Positions 17,807 to 28,180 of a stretch of 64,000 nt of DNA are shown one piece after another. The stretch covers positions 109,277 through 173,276 of IMG/VR virus record IMGVR_UViG_3300012286_000299; one strand, written 5' to 3'. The notes below the pieces were generated by a model. That model did no database searches and was not told where the DNA came from. It saw only the letters and a program-made list of their open reading frames with translations. Origin of the DNA: a virus. Lineage: Duplodnaviria > Heunggongvirae > Uroviricota > Caudoviricetes. Both the position numbers and the translations under genes were made by a program. Positions within the stretch are counted from its first letter, which is position 1. Each line of letters opens with the position of its first letter.

Positions 17807-18214
17807 ATGAGTACAAAATTTAATGAATTTGACATTCTATTCCACAATTTCTTTTACCCAACAAGTGGATTCGGTTCAGCAGCAACCACAAAACAACCTC
17901 ACCCTTTAAATATCTTTTATGACGATAACGGACTTCACTTTGAAGTAGCGTGTACTGGTCTTACTAAAGATGAGGTAAATGTAGATATCGAGGATGATAT
18001 CTTAAAAATTAGTTATAATAAAGCAGAAGAAGAAAAAGAACTTCATCCTGGAACAATCGTAAGAGGATTGTCTAAAAAATCTTTTAATTTAGGTTATAAA
18101 ATTTCAGCTAAATATGATTTGTCATTAGCACTAGCAAAACTAGAAAATGGTTTGCTAGAAATTTCTATACCTGTAGCTGAAAAAGCAAAACCAAAATCAA
18201 TAAAAATAAAATAA
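17807..18214 (+). CDS. small heat shock protein (Hsp20/alpha-crystallin domain)
   Basis: ACD pattern FEVACTGLTKDEVNVDIEDDILKI ... GLLEISIP. Confidence 0.65.
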   Translation: MSTKFNEFDILFHNFFYPTSGFGSAATTKQPHPLNIFYDDNGLHFEVACTGLTKDEVNVDIEDDILKISYNKAEEEKELHPGTIVRGLSKKSFNLGYKISAKYDLSLALAKLENGLLEISIPVAEKAKPKSIKIK

Positions 18215-18299
18215 AAATCTAAGCCCTTAGGTTAAGTTTTATTTGGAGATTCAAGAAAAATTTATTATATTATATAATAAAAATTTAATTATAAAAGTT

Positions 18300-18602
18300 A
18301 TGGCAAATCCTCAATTCAAAGGTAGACAAAAAGGATCTATCAAAAAAACATCAACAATTTCCGATCCATCATTGGGTAATTTTAAAATTATCGTAGATGA
18401 TGAAAGTTATAATCTAGTTTTAACTGACCCTGAAACTGGAAAGGAAAAAATTATTGGTTATTATACTAGATTAACTAATGCTTTAAAGTATGTAGTTAGA
18501 ACCCAAACAGTTGAGAAAAAACCAACTTATACTATTAAAGAATATATCCAAGAATTAGAAACAGTTTTAAACAATTTAAACAATTTAATTAACAATGAGT
18601 AA
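18300..18602 (+). CDS. hypothetical protein
   Basis: Start chosen at AAAGTTATGGCA (conserved context) rather than 18243. Confidence 0.45.
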   Translation: MANPQFKGRQKGSIKKTSTISDPSLGNFKIIVDDESYNLVLTDPETGKEKIIGYYTRLTNALKYVVRTQTVEKKPTYTIKEYIQELETVLNNLNNLINNE

Positions 18603-18888
18603 ATTAGAATCAAGAGGTGGTAGTATCATCTTAAAACAACTTGAAGAAAATGAAATGAAAGTTGGTAACATCATTATCCCTGATAATGGTCATGAAAAAT
18701 CACTTGTAGCTGAAATTATAGCAGTATCAGATGTATTTAATTGGCATAGAGGAGAATTTGTACCATCAGATCTAAAAATAGGTCAAAAAGTAGTAATCCC
18801 ACCAATGGGAGCACAAAAATTAACATTAGATAATGTAGATTATTTAATCATTTCACAAGAACAAATCCCAGCAATAATAGTAGATTAA
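18595..18888 (+). CDS. groES: co-chaperonin GroES
   Basis: 97 aa; GroES-like mobile loop/beta-barrel pattern (GNIIIPD...IGQKVVIPP); directly precedes groEL. Confidence 0.7.
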   Translation: MSKLESRGGSIILKQLEENEMKVGNIIIPDNGHEKSLVAEIIAVSDVFNWHRGEFVPSDLKIGQKVVIPPMGAQKLTLDNVDYLIISQEQIPAIIVD

Positions 18889-18890
18889 TT

Positions 18891-20531
18891 ATGACAGAAA
18901 CAGTATTTGGACCCGAATTAAAATCAAAACTATTAGAAGGAGTTAGAAAACTCAATAATAGTGTATCATCTACCCTAGGACCAGCAGGTAGAACAGTATT
19001 AATTAAAGGTGAGTATGGTCAATTAACCGTAACTAAAGACGGTGTATCCGTAGCTAAGGCTTTTAAAGAATTAGAAGATCCAGTAGAATCTACAGGTGCA
19101 GAATTAGTACAAAAAGTATCAGTTAAATCCGCAAATGAAGTTGGAGATGGAACAACTACAGGTACTTTATTAACCTATGCTCTTTTAGAAGAAGGTTTAA
19201 AACATGTTAATGCAGGACAAAATGCAGTAGAAATTAAAAAAGGTATTGATGCTGCTGTAGAAGAAATTAAATCCTCACTTAACAATTTAACAGAAGATAT
19301 TTCTGATAACCAACAAATTAAAGAAGTTGCTACTATTTCAGGTAATAACGATGAAGAAATTGGTAATTTAATTGCTACTGCTTTAGAAAAAGTAGGCAGA
19401 GATGGAGTAGTTGCTATTGAAGAGTCTAAATCAGGCGAAACTTCACTTGAAGTTGTAGAAGGTATGCAGTTTGATAGAGGTTACAAATCACCTTATTTTG
19501 TAACTGATAATAATACAATGACAGCTGTATTAGATAACCCATATATTTTAATTTATAATGGTAGAATTACTAACCACCAAGAATTAATTCCAGCTTTAAC
19601 TTTAGCTAACACTGAAAAACGTTCATTATTAGTAGTAGCAGAAGATATTGATGGTGAAGCATTAGCAGTAGCTATTGTTAATAAAATGAGAGGTATTGTA
19701 AATGTTGTTGCTGTTAAAGCTCCTGATTTTGGAGATCGTAGAACAATGGCTTTAGAAGATTTAGCTATTATTACAGGTGGTCAAGTTTTATCTAAAGATA
19801 AGGGGCATAAATTAGAAAAAATTGATGTTAATACCTTAAAACAATGTTTAGGTACATCTCGTACTGCTACAATTGGAAAAGAGAAAACTACTATTGTAGA
19901 TGGTAAAGGTGAAGAAGAAGCTATTACAACTAGAGCTCAAGAAATTAAAAAACAAATTGATGACGCTGGTTCACCATTTGAAAAAGAAAAATTACAAGAG
20001 CGTTTAGGTAAGATGATTGGTGGAGTAGCTATTATTAACGTAGGTGGTAATAGTGAATTAGAAATCAAAGAGAAAAAAGATAGAGTAGAAGATGCTTTAT
20101 TCGCTACAAGAGCTGCTTTAGAAGAAGGTATTGTAGTAGGTGGTGGTACTGCTTTATTATATGCTAGAAAATCTATTACATTTGAAGGTGCAAATGATTT
20201 TGTTTTAGGTAAAAAAATAGTTTATAAAGCTGTAACAGCACCCTTCCAGAAAATTTTAACTAATGCCGGACACGATCTTGTAGAAGTACAATATTTAGGT
20301 TCTAAATTAACTGATTCTGAAAAAGGAAGTAATTGGGCAGGTCTTAATTATAAAGATTTATCAACAATGGATTTCAAATCAGCAGGTATTATTGATCCTA
20401 AAAAAGTAACTCGTATTGCATTAGAAAATGCAGCATCAGTTGCAGGTACAATTTTAACAACTGAATCTGTAATCTACGAGAAAAAAGAAGACAATAAAGA
20501 AGAAATCAATCCTATGCAAGGAATGATGTAA
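18891..20531 (+). CDS. groEL: chaperonin GroEL
   Basis: GPAGRTVLI, VGDGTTTGTLL (ATP site), GGG run near the C-terminus and terminal GMM; 546 aa. Confidence 0.9.
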   Translation: MTETVFGPELKSKLLEGVRKLNNSVSSTLGPAGRTVLIKGEYGQLTVTKDGVSVAKAFKELEDPVESTGAELVQKVSVKSANEVGDGTTTGTLLTYALLEEGLKHVNAGQNAVEIKKGIDAAVEEIKSSLNNLTEDISDNQQIKEVATISGNNDEEIGNLIATALEKVGRDGVVAIEESKSGETSLEVVEGMQFDRGYKSPYFVTDNNTMTAVLDNPYILIYNGRITNHQELIPALTLANTEKRSLLVVAEDIDGEALAVAIVNKMRGIVNVVAVKAPDFGDRRTMALEDLAIITGGQVLSKDKGHKLEKIDVNTLKQCLGTSRTATIGKEKTTIVDGKGEEEAITTRAQEIKKQIDDAGSPFEKEKLQERLGKMIGGVAIINVGGNSELEIKEKKDRVEDALFATRAALEEGIVVGGGTALLYARKSITFEGANDFVLGKKIVYKAVTAPFQKILTNAGHDLVEVQYLGSKLTDSEKGSNWAGLNYKDLSTMDFKSAGIIDPKKVTRIALENAASVAGTILTTESVIYEKKEDNKEEINPMQGMM

Positions 20532-20538
20532 TAAATTT

Positions 20539-20558
20539 GGAGTCTCGAAAGAGACTCC
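20539..20558 (+). terminator. hairpin ggagtctc-gaaa-gagactcc (possible terminator/attenuator, weak T-run)
   Basis: 8-bp perfect stem with a GAAA tetraloop between groEL and the clamp loader. Confidence 0.35.
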
Positions 20559-20573
20559 ATATATTAAAAAGTT

Positions 20574-21485
20574 ATGTTCAATAAAAAACACACTATTTGG
20601 GTAGAAAAATACAGACCAGATACTTTAGAAGGGTATATTGGTAATGAATTTTTTGTAGAGAAATTAAATCAATGGGTAGGAGATAATGATATCCCTCATC
20701 TATTACTTACAGGTCCTGCTGGTACAGGAAAAACAACTGCTGCTAAATTAATAGTAAATAATATTAATTGTGATTTTATCTACATTAATTGTTCAGATGA
20801 AAATGGTGTTGATACTATTAGAGATAAAGTAAAATCGTTTGTTTCCGCTGCTAGTTTTAAACCACTTAAAGTGGTTATAATGGATGAAGCAGATTTCTTA
20901 ACACTTAATGCTCAAGCATCTTTAAGAAACGTAATTGAAACTTATAGTTTAAATGCTCGTTTTATATTTACTTGTAATTTTGTAGAAAGAATTATGGAAC
21001 CAATTCAATCTAGAACAAATATATTTGAATTAATGCCTCCTTCTATGCAAGATGTAGCATTCAAATGTGTTGAAATTTTAGATTTAGAAAAAATTACTTA
21101 TACTAGAGCAGATATAGTAAGAATTGTAAAACAAACTTACCCTGATATTAGAAAGTGTTTAAACTTACTCCAAATATCTATTAGAAATGGAGAATTAATT
21201 GAAAGTAGAACTTCATCTAATTTTAAACAAACCTCTGACCAAGTAATAGAATTACTTAAAACTAAAAACGTTAAAAACTTTACTGCTATAAGACAGTTAG
21301 TAATGGATTCTAATGTTAGAGATTACAACGAGTTATATAGAGTATTATTTGAAAGAGCAGATGAATTTAATGAATCTGCTGTTACTACTCTTATAATAGC
21401 TGATTACCAACACAAATCAATTATGGCACCTGATAAAGAAATTACATTTTGTGCCTGTATCGCTAAATTATTAACAACTAAATAA
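20574..21485 (+). CDS. clamp loader AAA+ ATPase (RFC small subunit/gp44-like)
   Basis: Walker A GPAGTGKTT; Walker B VVIMDEAD; SRT(C)-like motif SRTNIFEL. Confidence 0.8.
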   Translation: MFNKKHTIWVEKYRPDTLEGYIGNEFFVEKLNQWVGDNDIPHLLLTGPAGTGKTTAAKLIVNNINCDFIYINCSDENGVDTIRDKVKSFVSAASFKPLKVVIMDEADFLTLNAQASLRNVIETYSLNARFIFTCNFVERIMEPIQSRTNIFELMPPSMQDVAFKCVEILDLEKITYTRADIVRIVKQTYPDIRKCLNLLQISIRNGELIESRTSSNFKQTSDQVIELLKTKNVKNFTAIRQLVMDSNVRDYNELYRVLFERADEFNESAVTTLIIADYQHKSIMAPDKEITFCACIAKLLTTK

Positions 21486-21487
21486 AA

Positions 21488-21736
21488 ATGGAAGGACAAC
21501 AACCACAAATGAGCTTAGATTTAAGCAAAACAACTCCAATTTTAACTGCTGCTGGCGGTAAAATTTGGCATCAAGGATACCTTTTAAGAAAAGTATCTAA
21601 ATTTATAACTGGTACTAATGAAGACAATGTGCTACCAATCCAAGTATTCTATGATCCAGAAACTGGTGAGATTTTAAAAGATGGTTTACCTGATGAGTTT
21701 AAATTCATTTTAGAAGATGGACAAGAAAATCAATAG
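21488..21736 (+). CDS. hypothetical protein
   Basis: ORF. Confidence 0.45.
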   Translation: MEGQQPQMSLDLSKTTPILTAAGGKIWHQGYLLRKVSKFITGTNEDNVLPIQVFYDPETGEILKDGLPDEFKFILEDGQENQ

Positions 21737-22139
21737 TATATTTGATTGGGTAAAACAAATGTCTTATGATAAAGAATCATGGTCCTCATTTTCGAATGAG
21801 GAGCATGAAATCTTTAGTAATTTTATGGTTAACAAAATAATTTCAATGAATCCTAACTATATTGAGTTAGTAGCTGAAATACAAGAATACCAAATGCCCA
21901 AACAAAAACTATATGAATTTTATTGTAAAACTTTACCTAAACAAAAATTCTTTAACAAATATCAAAAACCCTCTAAACAACAATACCCAAAAGAAGTAAT
22001 AAATTTATTAACACTTTATTATCAAATAAGTACAAGAGAAGTTTTAGATTACTGTAATATCTTAACACAACAAGATATAAAAGATATTTTATTACAATTA
22101 GGTAAAGATGAAAAAGAAATCAAAAAATTACTAAAATGA
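21717..22139 (+). CDS. hypothetical protein
   Basis: ORF. Confidence 0.45.
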   Translation: MDKKINSIFDWVKQMSYDKESWSSFSNEEHEIFSNFMVNKIISMNPNYIELVAEIQEYQMPKQKLYEFYCKTLPKQKFFNKYQKPSKQQYPKEVINLLTLYYQISTREVLDYCNILTQQDIKDILLQLGKDEKEIKKLLK

Positions 22140-22420
22140 GTGATTCAATAAAAAAATTTGAAGAAATGAATGATAGAGAAATGCATTTCACCATTGATGA
22201 TGATGAAAATAATATGGTAATACATCCAAATCACTATGGAGGTAAAGATAACCCTTATGAGGCTATCAAAGTTATAGAAGCTTGGGAAGTAGGATTTAAT
22301 TTAGGTAATACACTTAAATATATTTCCAGAGCAGGTAAAAAAGATAATATAATCCAGGATTTAGAAAAAGCTCTATTTTATTTAGATAGAGAAATCCAAA
22401 ATAGAAAAAAACTTGGCTAA
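22136..22420 (+). CDS. DUF3310-like phage protein
   Basis: NPYEAIKVIEAW...TLKYISRAGKK...KALFYL pattern common in phage DUF3310 proteins. Confidence 0.4.
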   Translation: MSDSIKKFEEMNDREMHFTIDDDENNMVIHPNHYGGKDNPYEAIKVIEAWEVGFNLGNTLKYISRAGKKDNIIQDLEKALFYLDREIQNRKKLG

Positions 22421-23384
22421 ACAAATCCCACCAGTATTAAAGGATCTTAAGAAGGTAATAGTTCCACCCGTCAACTACGAAGTTAATAAGTATATATCGT
22501 ATTCTCAATTAAGTATGTTTTCTAACTGCCCTTTTCAATGGGGTTTGAGATATAGAGATGGCTTTAAAGTATTTGAACCAAGTATACACGCGGTATTTGG
22601 AACAGCATTACACTTAACTCTACAAAACTATTTAACAGTATTGTATGAAGAAAGTGGTGTAGCAGCAGATCATTTAGATATTGAGACAGATTTTAAAAAT
22701 GCTTTAAAAAACGAATACAAACTTACTTTAGAAAAGAATAATAATGTTCATTTTTCTACAGCTGCGGAATTAGCAGAATTTTGTGATGATGGGATTCAAA
22801 TCCTTAATTTCATTAGAGAAAAACGAGCTGCTTACTTTTCTAAAAAAGGTTGGTATTTAGTAGGTTGTGAGTTACCAATTGTTTTGAACCCTATTAAAAC
22901 TCTAGAAAAAGTCTTTATAACAGGTTTTATTGATGTAGTGTTTTACCATGAACCAACTAATACAATTAAGATTCTTGATATAAAGACTTCAACTAGAGGT
23001 TGGGGTGACAAAGAAAAGAAAGATGATGTTAAAGTGACTCAAATACTTCTATACAAAAAGTTCTTTGCAGAACAATATGATTTCCCAATGGATAACATTG
23101 AGGTAGAATTCTTTATTACAAGAAGAAAAGTATATGAAGGTGGAGATTTCCCACAAAAACGAATTCAAGAATTTAAACCTGCTGCAGGTAAAATAAAATT
23201 GAATAAATCTACACAATTATTAGAAGGGTTTTTAAAACAAGTATTTGATTCTGAAGGGAATTACAATATGGCCGAATTAGAGAAAAAACCAAGTAAACGT
23301 AATTGTCATTTTTGTCCTTACAAAAATAATCAAGATTTATGTGATAAAAACGAGGATATTAAAAAAACATTCAAATTTTATTAG
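22413..23384 (+). CDS. PD-(D/E)XK exonuclease with Cas4/RecB-like Fe-S cysteines
   Basis: GFIDVVFY...ILDIKTS (D...D/ExK); N-terminal Cys (SNCPFQW) plus C-terminal CHFCPY...C cluster. Confidence 0.7.
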   Translation: MAKQIPPVLKDLKKVIVPPVNYEVNKYISYSQLSMFSNCPFQWGLRYRDGFKVFEPSIHAVFGTALHLTLQNYLTVLYEESGVAADHLDIETDFKNALKNEYKLTLEKNNNVHFSTAAELAEFCDDGIQILNFIREKRAAYFSKKGWYLVGCELPIVLNPIKTLEKVFITGFIDVVFYHEPTNTIKILDIKTSTRGWGDKEKKDDVKVTQILLYKKFFAEQYDFPMDNIEVEFFITRRKVYEGGDFPQKRIQEFKPAAGKIKLNKSTQLLEGFLKQVFDSEGNYNMAELEKKPSKRNCHFCPYKNNQDLCDKNEDIKKTFKFY

Positions 23385-23425
23385 AGTACATATATTTATA
23401 TATAATAACAATAAAAATATAAATT

Positions 23426-23614
23426 ATGTCACAAAATCAACAATTAACAAGTGTGAAGGTAGACAAAGATATCTTTGAAGCTTTCAAAATTGAGACTATT
23501 AAAACTAAGTTCTCATTACAAAAATTAGCAGATAGGTGTATGCATCTATACTTAACAGACCCTGAATTTCAAAAAATGGTTCACGATCATATGAATTTGG
23601 AATTAGAAAAATAA
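23426..23614 (+). CDS. small hypothetical protein
   Basis: ORF. Confidence 0.4.
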   Translation: MSQNQQLTSVKVDKDIFEAFKIETIKTKFSLQKLADRCMHLYLTDPEFQKMVHDHMNLELEK

Positions 23615-23619
23615 AATTT

Positions 23620-25044
23620 ATGAAAGAAGGTTATATACCAAAAGAACAAAGAAAAAAGATATTATTCATTTGTGATGATATCAGAATGCACTCGGGTGTA
23701 GCTACAATGGCTCGAGAAATAGTTTTAGGAACCTCTCACCATTATAACTGGGTAATAATTGGAGCAGCTATTGATCATCCTGAATCAGGACAAAGATTAG
23801 ACTTATCTGATGCTACTAACAAAGAAACTGGAAATGAGGATACAAATGTAATTATCTATCCTAGTAATGGATATGGAAGTGCTGATTTAATCAGATATAT
23901 GATAAAGAATGAAAAACCTGATGGGTTAATGTTCTTTACGGATCCAAGATATTATGACTGGTTATTTGCTATCGAAAATGAAGTAAGAAAACAAATACCA
24001 ATGATTTACTTAAACATTTGGGATGATTTACCTGCTCCACTTTATAATAGAGCATTCTATGAATCATGTGATGCTTTATTAGCTATCTCAAAACAAACCA
24101 AAAACATTAATGAAATGGTTTTAGGTAAAAAAGCAGATGGTAAAGTTATCTCTTATGTACCTCATGGTATTAATGAAAAAATGTTTTATCCTATAGAAGA
24201 TAAAACACAGTTACAAGAAACTAAGAAAAAATTATTTGGAGATAAAGAATTTGATTTTGTATTATTCTTTAATTCACGTAATATTAGGAGAAAATGTACT
24301 AGTGATTTATTAGCAGCTCATAAAATGTTTTTAGATTCTTTACCTAAAGAAAAAGCTGATAAAATTGCCTTAGTATTACATACACAAGTTGTAGATAATA
24401 ATGGTACTGATTTAGATGCTGTTAGAACTTTATTATTTGGTAAGAAATCAAACATATTCTTTTCAGATCAAAGAATTGATACTGCTGAGTTAAATAGAAT
24501 TTATAATATATCTGATGCTGTAGTATTACCTTCTTCAAATGAAGGATGGGGATTAGCAATAACTGAAGCTATGATGGCTGGTAAAATGATAATCGCTAAT
24601 GTAACTGGAGGTATGCAAGATCAAATGCGTTTTGAGGATGAAAATGGTAAATGGATTGAATTAACACCTGAATTTCCTTCTAATCATTTTGGTACTTATA
24701 AAAAATGTGGTAAGTGGGCTGTACCTGTATTCCCTAATAACATGTCATTAGTAGGTTCACCTATAACTCCTTATATTTGGGATGATAGATTAGATTTTAG
24801 AGACTTAGCAAATGCTATTAATCAGGTTTATGAATTATCTCCTGAAGAAAGAGTAGAAAATGGTAAAGCAGCTAGAGAATGGGTAACTTCTGATGAATCT
24901 GGTATGAGTGCTAGAATGATGTGCAATAATGTAATTAAAGATATTGATTTAACTTTAGAAACATTTAAACCTAAAAAATCATTTGATCTACTTTTAGTAG
25001 AAGATTTGGAACCTCTAGAATTAGTTCATAAATTAACGTATTAA
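23620..25044 (+). CDS. GT-B glycosyltransferase (GT4-like)
   Basis: E-x7-E motif EGWGLAITE; overall GT4 architecture. Confidence 0.65.
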   Translation: MKEGYIPKEQRKKILFICDDIRMHSGVATMAREIVLGTSHHYNWVIIGAAIDHPESGQRLDLSDATNKETGNEDTNVIIYPSNGYGSADLIRYMIKNEKPDGLMFFTDPRYYDWLFAIENEVRKQIPMIYLNIWDDLPAPLYNRAFYESCDALLAISKQTKNINEMVLGKKADGKVISYVPHGINEKMFYPIEDKTQLQETKKKLFGDKEFDFVLFFNSRNIRRKCTSDLLAAHKMFLDSLPKEKADKIALVLHTQVVDNNGTDLDAVRTLLFGKKSNIFFSDQRIDTAELNRIYNISDAVVLPSSNEGWGLAITEAMMAGKMIIANVTGGMQDQMRFEDENGKWIELTPEFPSNHFGTYKKCGKWAVPVFPNNMSLVGSPITPYIWDDRLDFRDLANAINQVYELSPEERVENGKAAREWVTSDESGMSARMMCNNVIKDIDLTLETFKPKKSFDLLLVEDLEPLELVHKLTY

Positions 25045-25102
25045 TTAGATAAGATAAGTTTTCCATTGGGTACATATATTTATTATCATAAATACGTACC
25101 TA

Positions 25103-25774
25103 ATGGATTATCAAAGAATTTACAACCAATTAATAGAAAAAGCTCAAAGTAGAACCTTAGAAGGTTATATTGAAAAACATCATATTATCCCTAAATGTCT
25201 AGGAGGAAGTAATGATAAAGAAAATTTAGTAGAATTAACAGCAAGAGAACATTTTTTATGTCATATGTTACTTTGTGAGATTTATCCTAAAGAAAATAAA
25301 CTAAAACATGCCTTATTTTTAATGTCTATTGGTAAACAAAGGATTAAAGAAAAACATTATGTTGTTGGTTCTAGAGTTTATGAAAGGCTTAAAACTGAAT
25401 ATTCTCAATTTTTAACAGGTAAAAAACAATCACAAGAAACTAAAGATAAAAAGAGTAAAGCTATGTTAGGAATTTGGGAAGATAAAACCCAAGAAGAAAA
25501 ATCTAAGATAGGACAAAAAAGATGGGACACTAGAATCAAAAATGGGACTACTAATATTAAAAGTATTAATAGAAGTAAATCATTAAAGGGTAGAGAAATT
25601 ACATGGGACCGAGGAGTTAATAAAATCATTATTCAATATGATAAACAAAATAACTTTATTAAAGAATGGTCTAGTATATCAGAAGCTCAAAGGCAAATAG
25701 GAGGGGATATTAAAGGTGCTTTAGCAGGGAGGCAAAAAACTGCTGCAGGTTTTATTTGGAAATACAAAAACTAG
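25103..25774 (+). CDS. HNH homing endonuclease with NUMOD-type C-terminal DNA-binding motif
   Basis: HHIIPKCLGGSNDKENLVELTAREH (HNH); C-terminal SISEAQRQIGGDIKGALAGRQKTAAGFIWKY. Confidence 0.75.
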   Translation: MDYQRIYNQLIEKAQSRTLEGYIEKHHIIPKCLGGSNDKENLVELTAREHFLCHMLLCEIYPKENKLKHALFLMSIGKQRIKEKHYVVGSRVYERLKTEYSQFLTGKKQSQETKDKKSKAMLGIWEDKTQEEKSKIGQKRWDTRIKNGTTNIKSINRSKSLKGREITWDRGVNKIIIQYDKQNNFIKEWSSISEAQRQIGGDIKGALAGRQKTAAGFIWKYKN

Positions 25775-25797
25775 TTATTATATTAAAATAAAAAAAA

Positions 25798-27105
25798 ATG
25801 AAAAATACATTTGTGATATCATGTCCCATAGATTGTTATGCAGGGTATGGAGCACGTTCACGTGATTTAGTTAAAGCGTTAATTAATTTAGATAAATACG
25901 ATGTTAAAATAATGCCTCAACGTTGGGGAAATACACCTTGGAGTTTTATTGAAGATCATCAAGAAGAATGGGGATTTTTACAACCACATATTTTAACAGG
26001 TCAGTTAACTCAACAACCTGATATTTGGGCTCAAATAACAGTACCTAATGAATTTCAAGCTATTGGAAAATATAATATTGGAATAACAGCGGGTATCGAA
26101 ACTACTATTTGTGCTCCTCAATGGATTGAGGGTATGAATAGAATGAGTTTAAATTTAGTTTCATCAGAACATGCTAAAAAAGTATTTCAAGATTCTAAAT
26201 TTCAAAAACATGATGAAAGGACTAAACAAGTTGTTGGTGTAATAGAATTAACATCTCCTATTGAAGTATTATTTGAAGGAGTAGATATTGTTAAATACTT
26301 TGCATCTACATTAACTCCTACTTCCGAAATAAAGCAAGCCTTAGATAATGTAAAAGAAGAGTTTGCATTTTTATTTGTGGGTCATTGGCTTCAAGGTGAT
26401 TGGGGTCAAGATAGAAAAGATGTAGGAGGGTTAGTTAGAGTATTCTTAGAAGCCTTTAAAAATAAATCTAAAAAACCTGCTCTTATATTAAAAACAATGT
26501 CAGGTCCAACTAGTATTATAGATAGAGATAATATCTTGAAAAAAATAGACGTTATAAGACAATCTATGCCTACTAAAAACTTACCTAATATTTACTTATT
26601 TCATGGTGAAATATCAGACGATGAAATGAATCAATTATATAACCATTCTAAAGTAAAAGCAATGGTTAGTTTTACTAAAGGAGAAGGATTTGGTAGACCT
26701 TTACTTGAATTTACTCAAACTAAAAAACCAGTTATTGCTTCAAATTGGAGTGGACAATTGGATTTCTTAAACCCTGAATTTACTTCATTAATACCTGGTA
26801 CTTTAACTAATATTCATCCATCTGCTCAAGTTAAGGATATGTTAATTGATGGTTCACAGTGGTTTACAGTAGATTATGGATTTGCTGGTGGTATATTAAG
26901 AGATTATTTTGAAAATTATAAAAAATATCAAGATAATGGTAAACGTTTAGCACATTATTGTAAAACTAATTTCTCATTTGAGAAAATGCAAGAAAAATTA
27001 GATACTATATTAACTGCTAATATACCTGAGTTTCCAAAGCAAGTGCAATTGAAATTACCTCAATTAAAAAAGGTTGAGTTACCTAAATTAAAAAAAGTAG
27101 AATAA
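25798..27105 (+). CDS. GT-B glycosyltransferase (GT4-like)
   Basis: E-x7-E motif EGFGRPLLE; C-terminal ELPKLKK repeats. Confidence 0.6.
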   Translation: MKNTFVISCPIDCYAGYGARSRDLVKALINLDKYDVKIMPQRWGNTPWSFIEDHQEEWGFLQPHILTGQLTQQPDIWAQITVPNEFQAIGKYNIGITAGIETTICAPQWIEGMNRMSLNLVSSEHAKKVFQDSKFQKHDERTKQVVGVIELTSPIEVLFEGVDIVKYFASTLTPTSEIKQALDNVKEEFAFLFVGHWLQGDWGQDRKDVGGLVRVFLEAFKNKSKKPALILKTMSGPTSIIDRDNILKKIDVIRQSMPTKNLPNIYLFHGEISDDEMNQLYNHSKVKAMVSFTKGEGFGRPLLEFTQTKKPVIASNWSGQLDFLNPEFTSLIPGTLTNIHPSAQVKDMLIDGSQWFTVDYGFAGGILRDYFENYKKYQDNGKRLAHYCKTNFSFEKMQEKLDTILTANIPEFPKQVQLKLPQLKKVELPKLKKVE

Positions 27106-27106
27106 A

Positions 27107-27559
27107 ATGAAAGATAAATTATCTATATGCCCACGTTGCGGGAGTGATGCTTGTTATGTCACTCCTGTAAATGAAGTAAAAAACAACTATTTCTGTTTTG
27201 GATGTGGTTTTCAAACAAATGACCTAATGAAAGAAGGTGAATTTGATTTTGAAACATATGAAGAACCATTACCTGAACTATATAAAGATCTTAAAAACAC
27301 TGATTCAGAAAAACGTGTTTGGTATCCAATTACTATTAATATTCAGGATAAAGGAACGGTATTTGCCAATGGAAAAACCAAAGATAATTGGACATGGGCA
27401 GGAGTAAAGGCCGTTGAAGTAAGCGAAGAAGAAAAAGGTAAATTTAAAATACCTGGTACTGAAGATTACTATACTCATAAAACTGATATTAAATCTTTAA
27501 AGAATTATCCACAAGATGATTTTATTGAAGCCCTAGATTATATAGGTTTTTATAATTAA
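27107..27559 (+). CDS. zinc-ribbon protein
   Basis: CPRCGSDAC ... CFGCG. Confidence 0.45.
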   Translation: MKDKLSICPRCGSDACYVTPVNEVKNNYFCFGCGFQTNDLMKEGEFDFETYEEPLPELYKDLKNTDSEKRVWYPITINIQDKGTVFANGKTKDNWTWAGVKAVEVSEEEKGKFKIPGTEDYYTHKTDIKSLKNYPQDDFIEALDYIGFYN

Positions 27560-27562
27560 TAT

Positions 27563-28180
27563 ATGAGAATAAGTTATGCAATTCCTGTTTGTAATGAACA
27601 TGAAGAATTAATGAGATTACTAAGCATCCTCATCACCAATAAAAGAGATGAGGATGAAATAGTAGTTCAATGTGATCAGGGTAATACTACACCTGAAGTA
27701 TATAAAGTATTAGACCAATTTTTTGGTAGAATAAGTGTTATAGAATTTCCATTAAAAGGTAATTTTGCGGCTTTTAAAAATAATTTAAAGAAGCATTGTA
27801 CTGGAGAATGGATTTTTCAAATTGATGCTGATGAATACGTAACTATTGAATTTTTACAAAGTTTACATTTAATTTTACAAGATAATCCTACAACAGAAGT
27901 ATTTTTGCTTCCTAGAATTAATACTGTAGAAGGATTAACTCAAGAGCATATTAATAAATGGAGATGGAATGTAAATGAGAAAGGATGGGTTAACTTCCCA
28001 GATTTACAACCTCGTATACTTCAAAATTCACCTAAAATTAATTGGGGTAATAAAGTACATGAAGTACTAATGGGTCATAGTACATGGTCTACTTTACCAT
28101 TAGAAGATGATTATTGTCTGTATCATCCAAAACATATTGAAAGACAAGAACGACAAAATAATTTATACGATTTATTATGA
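27563..28180 (+). CDS. putative GT-A (GT2-like) glycosyltransferase
   Basis: ISYAIPVCNE N-terminus resembles the GT2 IIPxYN start; DADE acidic motif. Confidence 0.4.
   Translation: MRISYAIPVCNEHEELMRLLSILITNKRDEDEIVVQCDQGNTTPEVYKVLDQFFGRISVIEFPLKGNFAAFKNNLKKHCTGEWIFQIDADEYVTIEFLQSLHLILQDNPTTEVFLLPRINTVEGLTQEHINKWRWNVNEKGWVNFPDLQPRILQNSPKINWGNKVHEVLMGHSTWSTLPLEDDYCLYHPKHIERQERQNNLYDLL

Noticed and set aside
25405-25629. Minus-strand ORF (74 aa)
   Set aside because: Antisense to the HNH/NUMOD gene; no signals.
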